In this document: positions 39,045 through 49,748 of the stretch, piece after piece
Layout: each line of letters opens with the position of its first letter
How positions within the stretch are numbered: position 1 is the first letter of the stretch
Origin: Gammaproteobacteria bacterium
Lineage (GTDB): Bacteria; Pseudomonadota; Gammaproteobacteria; Eutrophobiales; Eutrophobiaceae
Assembly (NCBI GenBank): GCA_965215365.1
Contig: CBDCDS010000003.1
Span: 288,001 to 352,000, forward strand
Length of the DNA stretch: 64,000 nt
Reading direction: 5' to 3'
Program-made: the position numbers and the translations under genes
Notes under the pieces: generated by a model
What the model was told of the DNA's origin: nothing
The model's input: only the letters and a program-made list of their open reading frames with translations
Database searches by the model: none

Positions 39045-40157
39045 ATGAAACGCTACCTCGAATCACAGGTTCGGCAGGACCTGAAACGCAAAATGGTCTT
39101 GGTCGGCGGTCCGCGTCAGGTGGGGAAGACGACGCTTGCCCGCAAGATACTGGGGAAATCGAAGGCCGGCTACCTGAACTGGGACGTTGCCCCGCATCGG
39201 GATATTATTCTGCGCCAGGAGTTTCCCAAATCTAAACTCTGGGTGTTTGATGAAATTCACAAATACCCACGCTGGCGCAACTACCTGAAAGGCATTTACG
39301 ACATGTGTCAGCCGGGGCAGCGGATACTCGTCACCGGTAGCGCCCGGCTGGATTACTACCGCTTCGGCGGCGACTCCCTGCAGGGACGTTACCACTACCT
39401 GCGGCTGCACCCGCTGAGCGCGGCGGAACTGAAGCTGACCTCAGCGCAAAATTTCAAGGCGCTGCTTACCCTGGGCGGTTTCCCGGAACCGTTCCTGGGC
39501 GGGTCGAAGAAAGAAGCGCGCCGCTGGTCCAACGAATACCGCAGCCGCTTGGTGCGGGAGGATTTGGCAGACCTGGAACAGGTACAAGACCTGGGCAGCC
39601 TGGAGTTATTGATGACCCGGTTACCCGAGCTGGTCGGCAGCCCCCTGTCAGTCAACAGAGTAGCCGAACAGCTGCAGATCAGCCACAAGACCATCAGCAA
39701 ATGGCTGGACATTCTGGCAAGACTGTATGCAATCTTCTTCGTGGCGCCGTTCGGCGCGCCACAGATCAAGGCAGTGAAGAAAGCCCGCAAACATTATCAC
39801 TATGACTGGTCGCTGATACCGGATACCGCCGCAAGGTTTGAGAACCTGGTTGCGTGCCACCTGCTGAAATGGACAAATTTTCGCACAGATACGGAAGGTT
39901 GCTTGACTGAACTGCGCTATTTTCGCGACATCGAACAACGCGAGGTGGATTTCGTAGTAGTGGAAGACGGTGCCCCGGTGTTACTGGTCGAATGTAAATC
40001 CTCAGATCGCTACGCCAGCCTGCCGCTGAAATACCTGAAACGACGCTTCCCCGATGCAGACGCTTGGCAGGTATCCGCGTTTGGAGAGAAAGACTACGTC
40101 ACGCGGGAAGGGATTCGCGTGGCGCCGGCGCTTACGTTTTTGAACAGGTTGCAATAG
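39045..40157 (+). CDS. AAA_14 ATPase with DUF4143 (PD-(D/E)XK-like) C-terminus
   Basis: GPRQVGKTT, FDEIH, VTGSA, GGFPEP, FENLVA and REVDFV..LVECK. Confidence 0.92.
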   Translation: MKRYLESQVRQDLKRKMVLVGGPRQVGKTTLARKILGKSKAGYLNWDVAPHRDIILRQEFPKSKLWVFDEIHKYPRWRNYLKGIYDMCQPGQRILVTGSARLDYYRFGGDSLQGRYHYLRLHPLSAAELKLTSAQNFKALLTLGGFPEPFLGGSKKEARRWSNEYRSRLVREDLADLEQVQDLGSLELLMTRLPELVGSPLSVNRVAEQLQISHKTISKWLDILARLYAIFFVAPFGAPQIKAVKKARKHYHYDWSLIPDTAARFENLVACHLLKWTNFRTDTEGCLTELRYFRDIEQREVDFVVVEDGAPVLLVECKSSDRYASLPLKYLKRRFPDADAWQVSAFGEKDYVTREGIRVAPALTFLNRLQ

Positions 40158-40180
40158 AGCAGGGATATCGCGCCATACGA

Positions 40181-40290
40181 TTACACCTTCCAGAAATTCA
40201 ATTCCTGCCAAGTTTCAGGGAAACCCATTGGGGCGGTGGGGACATGTCTGTGTTCGTTTAAGATATGCAACAGTCTGTGTTTCCACCGCT
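40181..40290 (-). pseudogene. Abi-like protein C-terminal remnant
   Basis: WKHRLLHILNEHRHVPTAPMGFPETWQELNFW*, resembling Abi_2 C-termini. Confidence 0.55.
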
Positions 40291-40556
40291 CGTCGCCACT
40301 GACAGGGCCGCCCCAAGGAAGCGGCCCTTGAGCCGACAGCACGCTGCCAGCGGGTAACTGTGTGTATTCTAACACCCAAGCAAATGTGTTTGCAAACGCG
40401 CAACGCGCCTTGCCGGAAAGTTCAGGCAGAACCAATCTGGCGCGATCTTCGCATCACTGGGTGAGATATGCGGGCTAAAAATTTTTAGAGGCACTTTTGA
40501 GCAATTATTACTTTGACCCGATCCTGCGTTAAGATAAGCATCCTTTTGTAGCGTGG

Positions 40557-43500
40557 ATGTTTGTCTTGCCAAATTCCAATCACACAATCAAACGCATACT
40601 GGTCGCGAACCGGGGGGAGATTGCGGTGCGGGTGGTGCGCGCGGCGCAAGAGCTGGGTATTGCCACGGTGGGCATCTTCTCCGAGGAGGACCGGCTTGCC
40701 TTGCACCGGTTCAAGCCGGATCAGTCCTACCAGGTCGGCCTGGGTGTGGGGCCGGTTGAGGCGTATCTGGACGGCGCCGACATATTGCGCGTGGCCGTTG
40801 AAGCTGAATGCGACGCGTTGCATCCGGGTTATGGTTTTTTGTCCGAGAATGCCGATTTTGCCGAGCAGTGTGAACGCCACGGCATCAATTTTATCGGCCC
40901 CCGTGCCGAGGTGCTGCGCGGGCTGGGCAACAAGGTGCAGGCGCGGGAACTGGCTGCCGCGGCTGGTATTGCGGTGATGCCGGCGTCGGGGCCGTTGCCG
41001 CAGGATGCACGGGAAACAGAACGCATCGCCGGCTCAATCGGTTTCCCGTTGATGCTCAAGGCCAGTTGGGGCGGCGGCGGGCGCGGCATGCGAGTGGTCA
41101 GAGACGGCGACGGTATGCACGATGTGGTCACGCGCGCACGCCAGGAAGCGCAGACCGCGTTCGGCAATGATGAGGTGTTTTTTGAAAAGCTGGTTGAGGA
41201 CGCGCTGCATATCGAAGTGCAGATTCTGGGCGATCGTCACGGCAATGTCGTGCATTTATACGAGCGCGACTGTTCATTGCAACGCCGTCACCAGAAGGTC
41301 ATCGAGCGCGCGCCGGCCATTCATCTGGTGCCGGCTAAACGTGAGGAGATTTGTCAGGCGGCAGTCAAACTGGCCTGCAAGGCCGGCGTGGACAATGCGG
41401 CAACGGTTGAGTTCCTGTATGACAAGGCGGCAGAGACATTCTATTTCATTGAGGTCAACCCCAGGGTGCAGGTCGAGCACACAGTCACCGAAGAGATCAC
41501 GGGTATTGACATCGTCAAGGCACAGATCAGGATTGCACAGGGAGAAAAAATCGGCCAGCCCGGCTCCATCATCCCGCCGCAGTCCGAGCTCCGGGTAATC
41601 GGCACCGCGCTACAGTGCCGGGTGACCGCCGAGGACCCGAACAACAATTTCATTCCGGATTACGGCAACATCATCGCCTACCGCAGCCCTGCGGGACCGG
41701 GCATTCGTCTGGACGGCGGCGCGGCCTACTCCGGCGCCTGGATTTCCCGCGCCTACGACAGCCTGCTGGTAAAAGTCACTGCCCGTGGCCGCGACGCGGA
41801 GGAGAGCAGCCGCCGGATGCGGCGCGCCCTGCTGGAATTTCGCGTGCGCGGCGTTGCCACCAACCTGTCGTTCTTATTGCAGCTGCTGGACCACCCCGGC
41901 TTCCAGACCGGCGCTTACAATACCCGTTTCATCGACGAGACGCCGGAGTTGTTTGAGTTCGGTCGGGGGCAAGGCCAGATTGAGCGGCTGCTGCGCTTTA
42001 TTGCCGACGTGATCGTGAACGGCAACAAGGATGTGCAGGAGCGGCCGGCGCCGGTTTCGTTACGCGAACCCACGGCGCCGGCAGGTGTGAGCAAGCCGCC
42101 TGCTAACGGGCCAAAAGCGATATTTGATGAAACCGGGGCGGCCGGCCTGGTGGACTGGATCAGGGCGCAGGAGCAGCCGTTGCTGACAGACACCACGTTT
42201 CGCGACGCGCACCAGTCGCTACTGGCAACCCGCCTTAGGAGCAGGGACCTGGTCGCAATAGCGCCGTATTACGCGCACAACATGTCCGGGTTGTTTTCCG
42301 TGGAGTCCTGGGGTGGCGCCACCTTCGATGTGGCGCTCAGGTTCCTGCATGAAGACCCGTGGCAGCGCTTGTTCGATTTATGTACGGCCATGCCCAACAT
42401 CATGCAACAGATGCTGTTGCGCGCCTCGAATGCAGTGGGCTACACGAGTTACCCGGACAATGTGGTCAGATATTTTGTCAAGCAGGCTGCGGCCGCCGGT
42501 ATTGACGTATTCAGAATCTTCGACAGCCTGAACTGGCCGGACAACATGCAGGTCGCCGTGGATGCAGTGGGGGAAACCGGCAAGGTCATTGAGACGGCAA
42601 TCTGCTACACGGGCGATATACTGGATCCGAACAAGAACAAGTACACACTGGATTACTACCTGGACCTGGCCGCCAAATACCGGGATATGGGCGCGCATAT
42701 CCTGGGTATAAAGGACATGGCGGGTCTGCTCAAGCCGGGCGCGGCGCGGCTGCTGATCACCGCGTTGAAACAGGAGATTGAGCTACCCATCCATCTGCAT
42801 ACGCATGATACCAGCGGCATTTCCGCAGCCACCGTGCTGGCCGCAGTGGAAGCAGGCGCGGATATCGTCGATGCCGCCATCGACAGCATGAGCGGCCTGA
42901 CCTCGCAGCCCAATCTGGGCGCCATCGTTGCGGCTCTGTCACATACCGACCGCAGCACGCACCTCGATACAGAGGCCATCCAGGTTATCAGCAGGTATTG
43001 GGAAGAAGTGCGGGAACAATATCGTGCATTCGAACCGGAAATACGCTCGGGCGCCTCAGAGGTCTATGTGCACGAAATGCCGGGCGGCCAGTACACCAAT
43101 TTAAGAGAGCAGGCGCGCGCCCTGGGCATCGACCGCCGCTGGCCGGAAATCGCCCGGGCTTACGCCGATGTCAACGAGCTGTTCGGAGATATCATCAAGG
43201 TCACGCCCACCTCGAAAGTGGTAGGCGACATGGCCCTGGCCATGGTCACGGCGGGGTTAACGAAGCAGGATATTCTCGACCCGGACCAGGAAATCGCCTT
43301 TCCCGAATCGGTCATCCAGTTTTTTTATGGGGAAATGGGGCAGCCGATGGGTGGGTTCCCGCCGGCATTACAGGCCAAAGTGCTGAACGGCAAAGCGCCG
43401 CTGACCGACCGGCCCGGCGCGTCACTGGCGCCGGTTGACCTAGAACAGGCCCGAAACGACCTTAAAGCCCAACTCAAGGAAGAGGTATCTGACTTTGATC

Positions 43501-44018
43501 TGGCATCCTACCTGATGTACCCGAACGTGTTTCTCGACTATGCGCAAATGAAACGCAAATTCGGCGCAGTCAGCCTGCTGCCCACCCATGTTTTTTTCTA
43601 CGGCTTGGCAATCGGCGAGGAGACCGTGTTGTCCTTTGCCGACCATCGCCAGGCGATAGTGCATTACCTGGCCACCTCCGAACCCGATGAAGAGGGCCGG
43701 CGCCGGGTATTTTTTGAACTGAATGGCCAGCCCCAGACCGTGATCGTCAAGGACAACAACCTGGGTTTTGAGGTCCACCAGAATGAACAAGCCGACCCTG
43801 CCGACCCCAACCAGCTCGCCGCGCCCATGCCGGGCCTGGTCGTTGCAGTGGAAGTATCAACCGGAGAACGCGTCCGCCAGGGCGACACGGCAGTGGTGCT
43901 CGAGGCCATGAAAATGCAATCCTCCGTCCCGGCCGGCAAGAGCGGCATCATCAAACGCGTGGTTGTCAGCGCCAACCACGTAGTCGACAGTGGTGATTTG
44001 CTGGTGGTGATTGAGTAA
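40557..44018 (+). CDS. pyc: Pyruvate carboxylase
   Basis: ANRGEIA, ERDCSLQRRHQK, DTTFRDAHQSLLATR, HEMPGGQYTN and the biotin site EAMKM. Confidence 0.97.
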   Translation: MFVLPNSNHTIKRILVANRGEIAVRVVRAAQELGIATVGIFSEEDRLALHRFKPDQSYQVGLGVGPVEAYLDGADILRVAVEAECDALHPGYGFLSENADFAEQCERHGINFIGPRAEVLRGLGNKVQARELAAAAGIAVMPASGPLPQDARETERIAGSIGFPLMLKASWGGGGRGMRVVRDGDGMHDVVTRARQEAQTAFGNDEVFFEKLVEDALHIEVQILGDRHGNVVHLYERDCSLQRRHQKVIERAPAIHLVPAKREEICQAAVKLACKAGVDNAATVEFLYDKAAETFYFIEVNPRVQVEHTVTEEITGIDIVKAQIRIAQGEKIGQPGSIIPPQSELRVIGTALQCRVTAEDPNNNFIPDYGNIIAYRSPAGPGIRLDGGAAYSGAWISRAYDSLLVKVTARGRDAEESSRRMRRALLEFRVRGVATNLSFLLQLLDHPGFQTGAYNTRFIDETPELFEFGRGQGQIERLLRFIADVIVNGNKDVQERPAPVSLREPTAPAGVSKPPANGPKAIFDETGAAGLVDWIRAQEQPLLTDTTFRDAHQSLLATRLRSRDLVAIAPYYAHNMSGLFSVESWGGATFDVALRFLHEDPWQRLFDLCTAMPNIMQQMLLRASNAVGYTSYPDNVVRYFVKQAAAAGIDVFRIFDSLNWPDNMQVAVDAVGETGKVIETAICYTGDILDPNKNKYTLDYYLDLAAKYRDMGAHILGIKDMAGLLKPGAARLLITALKQEIELPIHLHTHDTSGISAATVLAAVEAGADIVDAAIDSMSGLTSQPNLGAIVAALSHTDRSTHLDTEAIQVISRYWEEVREQYRAFEPEIRSGASEVYVHEMPGGQYTNLREQARALGIDRRWPEIARAYADVNELFGDIIKVTPTSKVVGDMALAMVTAGLTKQDILDPDQEIAFPESVIQFFYGEMGQPMGGFPPALQAKVLNGKAPLTDRPGASLAPVDLEQARNDLKAQLKEEVSDFDLASYLMYPNVFLDYAQMKRKFGAVSLLPTHVFFYGLAIGEETVLSFADHRQAIVHYLATSEPDEEGRRRVFFELNGQPQTVIVKDNNLGFEVHQNEQADPADPNQLAAPMPGLVVAVEVSTGERVRQGDTAVVLEAMKMQSSVPAGKSGIIKRVVVSANHVVDSGDLLVVIE

Positions 44019-44051
44019 GTTTGGGTTCAGTTGTTTCCGGGAAGTGAGACA

Positions 44052-44322
44052 TCAAGGTGTGCCTACACCGGCGAAAGGGTCCAGTATGGTATCACCCCGG
44101 AAACTGAACAGCAGCATGACTCTTCTTGCCAGTTCTTCCGGTTCTATTTCGACCCAGTCGAACAGGTAGGCCTTAGTCTCCTTGCGTACTTTGAGAAAAC
44201 TCGCGCTGGTAACACTGCGCCAGAGTTGTTTTGCCCACCTGCCGTGGTCCGCTGACGAAAGCCATTTTCTGAAATTCTGCAACAATCGTGTTGACCAGAG
44301 GGACGAGTGAGCGTTCGATCAT
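44052..44322 (-). pseudogene. Collapsed AAA_14/DUF4143 gene fused to a DNA methylase fragment
   Basis: ATG at 44322 gives MIERSLVPLVNTIVAEFQKMAFVSGPRQVGKTTLAQ... with a stop at 44173. Another frame reads KETKAYLFDW then PEELARRVMLLFSFRGDTILDPFAGVGT (MTase motif I). Confidence 0.75.
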
Positions 44323-44339
44323 GTCGATATTTTATACCA

Positions 44340-44371
44340 AACTCTGAAAAAGTCCTGACTTTTTCAGAGTT
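44340..44371. promoter_or_regulatory. Perfect palindrome with 15-bp arms, 17 bp before the pseudogene start
   Basis: aactctgaaaaagtc-ct-gactttttcagagtt. Confidence 0.65.
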
Positions 44372-44516
44372 GTATCTGATAAAGACACCTCTGATTTTTA
44401 GAGGTGGCCATGTGGTTGACGAATCCTGGAAAATATGTAGAATGCCGTTTTTGACAGGTATTCTGCCTGCTCGGTATTCATTTCCGACAATTGAACGAAG
44501 CAACTGAATATTGATT

Positions 44517-45287
44517 ATGTCAACCAATGACAACACGCCGGTGATAGAGGTCAAGGGGCTGGACAAGCACTTTGGGCCTATTCATGCGGTGCGGGATATT
44601 TCCTTTTCCGTGCGGCAGGGCGAGGTGCTCGGCTTTTTGGGGCCCAACGGTGCCGGGAAGTCCACGACCATGAAAATGATTACCGGCTTCTTGGAGCCGA
44701 CCGACGGCACCGTGCTGGTGAATGGGCACGATGTGCTGACCGATCCCATCGGTGTCAAGGCGTCTATCGGCTACCTGCCAGAGGGCGCGCCGGCTTATGG
44801 TGAGATGACGGTACGGCGTTTCCTAGAGTTCGTGGCGGAGATACGCGGCTATCAGGGCGTGGAACAAGGGCAACGGGTGGACCGGGTGGTGGAACTGGTG
44901 CATCTGGAAGGGGTGCTGGACCAGACCGTCGAAACTCTGTCCAAAGGTTTCAAGCGGCGCGTGGGCGTGGCTCAGGCGCTGTTGCACGACCCGGAAGTCT
45001 TGATCATGGACGAGCCCACGGACGGCCTGGACCCGAACCAGAAGCATGAAGTCCGCAGCCTGATCAAGGAAATGGCCGAGCGCAAGGCCATCGTGATTTC
45101 CACCCACATCCTGGAGGAGGTGGACGCCGTGTGCAGCCGCGCGATCATCATTGCCGCCGGGCAGATCCTGTTCGACGGCACGCCAGAGGAGCTCAAAGCC
45201 GAGTCTGAAACGAGCGATTACGACGATGCGTTCCGCGCCATCACCAGCCGCTTCTATGCCAGCCAGGGCGAGGCAACCCAATCATGA
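44517..45287 (+). CDS. ABC transporter ATP-binding protein (GldA-like)
   Basis: GPNGAGKSTT, LSKGFKRR and MDEPT. Confidence 0.93.
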   Translation: MSTNDNTPVIEVKGLDKHFGPIHAVRDISFSVRQGEVLGFLGPNGAGKSTTMKMITGFLEPTDGTVLVNGHDVLTDPIGVKASIGYLPEGAPAYGEMTVRRFLEFVAEIRGYQGVEQGQRVDRVVELVHLEGVLDQTVETLSKGFKRRVGVAQALLHDPEVLIMDEPTDGLDPNQKHEVRSLIKEMAERKAIVISTHILEEVDAVCSRAIIIAAGQILFDGTPEELKAESETSDYDDAFRAITSRFYASQGEATQS

Positions 45288-45311
45288 GCCCGCGAGCATG
45301 AGCCCACGAGC

Positions 45312-46055
45312 ATGAGTATGAACAGCAACATCAAGGCGGTATTAAAGCGCGAGCTGTACGGCTATTTCCACACCCCGGTTGCTTACGTTTTTATCATCAT
45401 CTTCCTGTTTTTGACCGGCATCTTCAGTTTTTATCCGGGCGCCTTCTACGAGCGCGGTCAGGCCGACCTGGGACCATTTTTCCAGTTTCAGCCCTGGCTC
45501 TACCTGTTCCTGATACCGGCCATTTCCATGCGGCTGTGGTCGGAAGAACGCAAGACCGGCACCATAGAGCTGCTGATGACGCTGCCCATTACCGTAACCG
45601 CTGCGGTACTGGGCAAGTTCCTGGCGGCCTGGTGTTTTACTGCGGTGGCCCTGGCGCTGACGTTTCCCATGTGGATTACCGTGAACTACCTGGGCGACCC
45701 GGACAACACCGTCATTCTCGCCGGCTACCTCGGCAGCCTGTTGCTGGCCGGGGGGTTGCTGGCTATCGGTTCCTGCATCTCCGCTTTGTCCAAGAGCCAG
45801 GTGATCGCGTTTGTGATCAGCGTGGTCATCTGTTTTTTGTTCATCATGAGCGGGTTTCCGCTGGTGCTGAATTTTTTCCAGGGCTGGGCGCCCCAGGCCT
45901 TGGTGGAAGTGATTGCCTCGATCAGTTTCCTGACCCATTTCGATTCCATCAACAGGGGCGTTATCGACCTGCGCGACCTGATTTATTATCTGGTGATGAT
46001 CTCGTTCTGGCTATATGCCAATGTCGTAGTCATCGATGCTCGCAAGGCGCTGTGA
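45312..46055 (+). CDS. ABC-2 permease (GldF-like)
   Basis: KRELYGYF.TPVAY, MRLWSEERKTGTIELL and multiple TM helices. Confidence 0.92.
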   Translation: MSMNSNIKAVLKRELYGYFHTPVAYVFIIIFLFLTGIFSFYPGAFYERGQADLGPFFQFQPWLYLFLIPAISMRLWSEERKTGTIELLMTLPITVTAAVLGKFLAAWCFTAVALALTFPMWITVNYLGDPDNTVILAGYLGSLLLAGGLLAIGSCISALSKSQVIAFVISVVICFLFIMSGFPLVLNFFQGWAPQALVEVIASISFLTHFDSINRGVIDLRDLIYYLVMISFWLYANVVVIDARKAL

Positions 46056-46064
46056 GATTTGGCC

Positions 46065-47918
46065 ATGAAGTATAAACGTCTGTTATCGGGTTCCGGGATT
46101 CTGTTGGCGGCGGCGCTGGCGCTGGCGCTGGTTACCATCAGCGACAACCTGTTCACCGGCGTGCGTCTGGATTTGACCGAGAACCGGCTGTTCACATTGT
46201 CGCAGGGTTCCATCAATATCATCACCGGCCTTGAGGAACCGGTTGACCTGGACCTCTACCTGTCCCGCAAGACCATGGCAGACTTCCCGCAACTGGTGAA
46301 TTACGCCAACCGGGTGCGCGATCTGCTGGAAGAGTACGCGGCAAAATCGGACGGTAAAATCAGGCTGTCCGTCATTGAGCCGGAGCCTTTCTCCGAGGAA
46401 GAAGACCAGGCCGTGGCCAGCGGCCTGAATGGCGTTGCCGTGAATGCCGCCGGCGACCGCGCCTACTTCGGGCTGGTAGGGGTCAGCTCCACGGATGATG
46501 AGGCCACCATCCCGTTCTTTCAGGCAAGCCGGGAAAATGCGCTGGAATACGACATTACCAAGCTGATCTATAACCTCGCCAACCCGGAAAAGCGCGTCAT
46601 CGGCGTAATGTCGGCACTGCCGTTGTTCGGCGATCCGATCCGCGGCGTACAGGAACGCTGGGCCATTATTAATGTGATGGAAGAATTCTTCGAGGTGCGC
46701 AATCTCGGTTCAAATACGGACAATATCGAGCAGGATGTGGATGTGTTGATGGTGGTGCATCCCAAAAATTTCGGCGAGCGGACACTATTCGCCATCGATC
46801 AGTTCCTGTTGCGTGGCGGCCACGCCATGTTGTTTGTCGATCCACTGGCAGAAGGTGACAACATGCAGCCCGATCCGGCCAACCCCTACGTAATGCCGGT
46901 CTTGTCCTCCGACCTGAACGTCATGCTGGAAAGCTGGGGGGTAGCAGTCGATACCAGCAAGATCGCAGCAGACATCAACTTGGCCATGCGCGTACAGGCA
47001 CAGGGCGCGCGCGGCCTCCAAGAGACCAATTACCTGCCCTGGCTGCAACTGGGGGAACAAAACCTCAATCGCGACGACTTCAGCACCAGTGAGTTGAATC
47101 AGGTGCACATGGGCACGGCGGGGGTTATCGAGCGCCAGGACGATGCTGTGGTCGAATTGACCCCGTTGATAGAGACCACCGCCGAGTCCATGAAAATGGA
47201 ACGGGACATGATTTTCTTCCAGCGCGACCCCAACGTCATGCTTGCTAACTTCAGAGCGGAAGGTGCGCCCCTGACGCTTGCTGCAAGGCTCAGCGGCACC
47301 GTGCCCAGTGCCTACCCGGACGGCCTGCCGGGCGCGGGTGAGGGAGCAGATGCGGCGGATATTGTCAAGGAGGGCCGGATTGATGTCGTGCTGGTGGGTG
47401 ATACCGACATCCTGGCGAATCATTTCTGGATCAGGATGCAGAATTTCTTCGGCATGCAGATCCCCCAGAGCATTGCCAACAACGGCGATTTCGTCATCAA
47501 TACCCTGGACAATCTGGCCGGTAATACCGACTTGGTCAGCCTGCGCAGCCGCGGCGAGTTCTCCCGTCCGTTTACCGTGGTCGAACAGATACGCCGGGAT
47601 GCCGAAGCGCGCTTCCGCACGCAGGAACAGGCGCTGCAATCCCGCCTAGAGGAAACTGAACAGAAGATCGCCCAATTACAACAGGAAGGCGGGGAAGGCG
47701 CCTTGTTACTGAGCCAGGAACAGGCCGCCGAGATTGAAAAATTCAGGCTGGAGCAAATCAAAACGCGCAAGGAACTGCGCGCGGTGCAGCACGAATTACA
47801 GAAGAACATCGAGCGTCTGGGCACGCAACTCAAATTCATCAATATCGGTCTGGTGCCGTTGATTATTGCGTTACTGGCACTGGTAGCGGGCCTGCGGCGC
47901 GCGCGTCAGCGAGTCTGA
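46065..47918 (+). CDS. ABC transporter auxiliary component (GldG-like)
   Basis: RLDLTENRLFTLS, LEYDITK and NGDFVIN.LDNL. Confidence 0.9.
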   Translation: MKYKRLLSGSGILLAAALALALVTISDNLFTGVRLDLTENRLFTLSQGSINIITGLEEPVDLDLYLSRKTMADFPQLVNYANRVRDLLEEYAAKSDGKIRLSVIEPEPFSEEEDQAVASGLNGVAVNAAGDRAYFGLVGVSSTDDEATIPFFQASRENALEYDITKLIYNLANPEKRVIGVMSALPLFGDPIRGVQERWAIINVMEEFFEVRNLGSNTDNIEQDVDVLMVVHPKNFGERTLFAIDQFLLRGGHAMLFVDPLAEGDNMQPDPANPYVMPVLSSDLNVMLESWGVAVDTSKIAADINLAMRVQAQGARGLQETNYLPWLQLGEQNLNRDDFSTSELNQVHMGTAGVIERQDDAVVELTPLIETTAESMKMERDMIFFQRDPNVMLANFRAEGAPLTLAARLSGTVPSAYPDGLPGAGEGADAADIVKEGRIDVVLVGDTDILANHFWIRMQNFFGMQIPQSIANNGDFVINTLDNLAGNTDLVSLRSRGEFSRPFTVVEQIRRDAEARFRTQEQALQSRLEETEQKIAQLQQEGGEGALLLSQEQAAEIEKFRLEQIKTRKELRAVQHELQKNIERLGTQLKFINIGLVPLIIALLALVAGLRRARQRV

Positions 47919-49084
47919 TGAAGCACAAGTATGCCATAGTCGCAGCGTTGACGGTCGTGGTTGTCGCCGTGGCGGTGCTCGTCAGCCAGCAACGGGCGCC
48001 AGAAACCAGCAGAGAGAAGCCAGCACTGTTTCCGCAGCTTGCAGAGCGTATTAACGATGTCAGTAAAGTCGTTGTGCGTGACGCTCAGAATACCTTGACG
48101 GTGCAGCGCGTGGCCGACAACTGGGGTATTGCCGAAGCGGATAATTATCCCGCGTTGCTTGACAAGGTCAAGGAGGCGGTGCTGGCCGTTGCGGACCTCA
48201 AAGTCATCGCGGAAAAGACGGATAACCCGGCGCTTTACGAGCGGCTGGGCGTTGAGGATATCGACGGCCAGGGCGCAACATCCACCCTGTTGACTCTGGT
48301 CGCTGATGATGAAGAGCTGGCCGGCCTGATCGTCGGCGACACCAGGCGTAGCAGCTCGGCTGCCGCCGCGCCGGGTTTGTATGTGCGCATTCCCGCACAG
48401 CAACAGGCGTTGCTGGTGGCAGGCAGGCTGGCGCCCAGCGCCGATATCATCCAGTGGATCAAGCGCGACATCATCAATATCGAAGGCGAGCGGGTCAGTA
48501 CCGTGCGCCTGCGTCCGGCCGGCGCGACGGAGGTCATCCTGAGCCGGGATGAACCTGCCGACGACCTGGTATTGCAAGATCTGCCGGAAGGCAAGGAACA
48601 GCAATCGGAATACGTCATCGGGCGCATGGCGACCGTGCTTGAGAATGTATATGCCGACGGCGTAAGCAAGGCGGATAATATCGACTTCTCCACCCCGACC
48701 GCCACGCTCGAGGTGACCACCTTTGATGGCTTGACGGCTGCTATCGAGGTTGCGCAACGCGACGCGCAGCCCTATGCGCGTTTTTCCTTTACTGCGCGGG
48801 AGACGGCTGCAGACGATGCACAGGTTGATGCGGCTACAGACGAAGCACGAGTTGATGCTGAAGCTCCGTCCGGGCCCAACCCAGACTCCTCACCGGACAC
48901 CGACGCCGACACAGAGCAAAAACCAACACCCGCACAGGAAGCCGCGGCCCTGAACAACCTGCTGCAAGGCTGGGCCTACCGGTTATCCACCTCCAAGGCG
49001 GAGCTATACACCCAGACCCTCGACGATCTGGTGCGGGAGCCGGAGCCAGAGCCGGAGCCGGTTACAGAGGACGCAGAGCCTTAA
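47918..49084 (+). CDS. DUF4340 domain protein
   Basis: N-terminal TM, ADNYPA and EKTDNPALYERLG. Usual fourth gene of this transporter operon. Confidence 0.85.
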   Translation: MKHKYAIVAALTVVVVAVAVLVSQQRAPETSREKPALFPQLAERINDVSKVVVRDAQNTLTVQRVADNWGIAEADNYPALLDKVKEAVLAVADLKVIAEKTDNPALYERLGVEDIDGQGATSTLLTLVADDEELAGLIVGDTRRSSSAAAAPGLYVRIPAQQQALLVAGRLAPSADIIQWIKRDIINIEGERVSTVRLRPAGATEVILSRDEPADDLVLQDLPEGKEQQSEYVIGRMATVLENVYADGVSKADNIDFSTPTATLEVTTFDGLTAAIEVAQRDAQPYARFSFTARETAADDAQVDAATDEARVDAEAPSGPNPDSSPDTDADTEQKPTPAQEAAALNNLLQGWAYRLSTSKAELYTQTLDDLVREPEPEPEPVTEDAEP

Positions 49085-49427
49085 GCCCGGTCGCACGGCT
49101 GCCTGCGACCGAAACCATAGCGGTAGCTAACGTCCCATAGCGGCAAGGGCTGCCAGACCCGGCTCCAGAACCCGTCCTGTAGAGGCTTCTGGCAGTGGCC
49201 TGGATTTGATACGGAAATCGGCCAGCTGATCGGCCCGCCCAAATGCCTGCTGGAATGATCTTAAATGGCCATCGAGGCCTGCCGCCGCGCCCTTGCCAGG
49301 AACGAGGGCGCCGGCAGGCCGCGCGTCTTGAAGGCTCCCGGAACGGCCTTACTATTACAACGGATTAAACCATCATGCCGAGGCGCAAAGCCCTGGCATC
49401 GCATCATTGTAACTTCCTTGAGATTTG

Positions 49428-49742
49428 CTACAACGCGCTGACATGTAGCTTTATCCCTTCATTTTTGCGAAGTGATGAAACCAGGTCGGCAATGTTGCTG
49501 AGGCGCGGGTTGCCATTGTCACTGAGCATACGCATAAGGCTTTGTGGTTTTTTACCCATCAGTGCGCCGAGCTTTTTAAACCCCAGAGTTGCGTTGACGT
49601 AATCACGCAACAAGGTTTTAGCTACGTTAATTTCATTATTCAATAAACACTCGGCCGCTTCTGTCAGCAAGCCCACACGAAATGCCGGGTCGGTTAACAC
49701 GCGTTCTTGAATAGTCAGTTTAAAATCTCGAGTAAGTGCCAT
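49428..49742 (-). CDS. HTH antitoxin (addiction module antidote type)
   Basis: MALTRDFK..LRDYVNATLGF..SLMRMLS.NGNP. Confidence 0.85.
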   Translation of the reverse strand: MALTRDFKLTIQERVLTDPAFRVGLLTEAAECLLNNEINVAKTLLRDYVNATLGFKKLGALMGKKPQSLMRMLSDNGNPRLSNIADLVSSLRKNEGIKLHVSAL

Positions 49743-49748
49743 AATTGG

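Noticed and set aside
45283-45320. 14-bp tandem duplication catgagcc(c/a)cgag at the ABC gene junction
   Set aside because: Probably a neutral slippage around the stop/start overlap. Both genes remain intact.
49100-49375. Intergenic sequence sharing gcctgcgac...catagcggtagcta with 52123-52152
   Set aside because: Probably a degenerate REP-like repeat. It is too short and decayed to define an element or RNA gene from sequence alone.
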